Shown: positions 15,439 through 15,608 of the stretch, one piece after another
Numbering within the stretch: the stretch's first letter is position 1
How the letters are laid out: every line of letters begins with the position of its first letter
Source: a bacterium
Lineage (GTDB): Bacteria; Hinthialibacterota; Hinthialibacteria; Hinthialibacterales; Hinthialibacteraceae
Direction: 5' to 3'
DNA: 15,608 bases
Assembly (NCBI GenBank): GCA_963663405.2
Contig: CAXXSM010000156.1
Span: 1 to 15,608 of the forward strand
Notes under the pieces: model-generated
What the model was told of the DNA's origin: nothing
Database searches by the model: none
Seen by the model: the letters and a program-made list of their open reading frames with translations, nothing else
Program-made: the position numbers and the translations under genes

Positions 15439-15608
15439 AATATTTCCGCTCTTTTATTGTAGCCTTCCTAGCGCTAATGATACGGATTCGGTTTGGGTGT
15501 CTCTCCGTATAGGATACAACAAGCAGATTCTCCGCAATTGACTGCCCCAAGCTGAGAAACCGATATTCCCCAGACGAATGGTCTGGATCCGGAATGGTTA
15601 ATTCCAAT
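15422..15608 (-). CDS. brnT: BrnT family (DUF497) ribonuclease toxin, 5' end outside the window
   Basis: DPDHS.GEYRFLSLG, LLVVSYTER and IRIISARKAT.KERK.YE are BrnT hallmarks; the frame is open to the window edge. Confidence 0.88.
   Translation of the reverse strand, partial: LELTIPDPDHSSGEYRFLSLGQSIAENLLVVSYTERHPNRIRIISARKATIKERKYYERNH

Overview
Bacterial chromosomal window of about 14 CDS with no rRNA, tRNA, CRISPR array or transposase that I can see. Left to right: an unknown protein resembling a degenerate sugar-phosphate-isomerase TIM barrel; a rex regulator with a divergent DNA-recognition helix behind an AT-rich promoter; a CgeB/YkvP-like glycosyltransferase (-); a System II cytochrome c biogenesis pair (ResB/CcsB + CcsA), in frame and separated by one TAG. 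A long minus-strand run follows: MFS transporter, small 2-TM protein, secreted alpha/beta-hydrolase-domain protein, Tat-signal aldo/keto reductase, secreted tandem CBM9/DOMON-like protein, DUF1080 + degenerate PHP fusion, and a BrnT-type toxin-antitoxin pair cut by the window end. The most unusual signals are (i) a composite non-coding element at 10537-10764 (four alternating 11-bp motifs, two covarying 54-bp hairpin repeats, a GTAG-type REP), (ii) a terminal 'PPVPVNAWELY' tail that may be a C-terminal sorting signal, (iii) a possible exported redox/elimination glycoside-processing cluster, and (iv) a GGA-rich structured intergenic region. All family assignments come from motif recognition by eye, not database searches.
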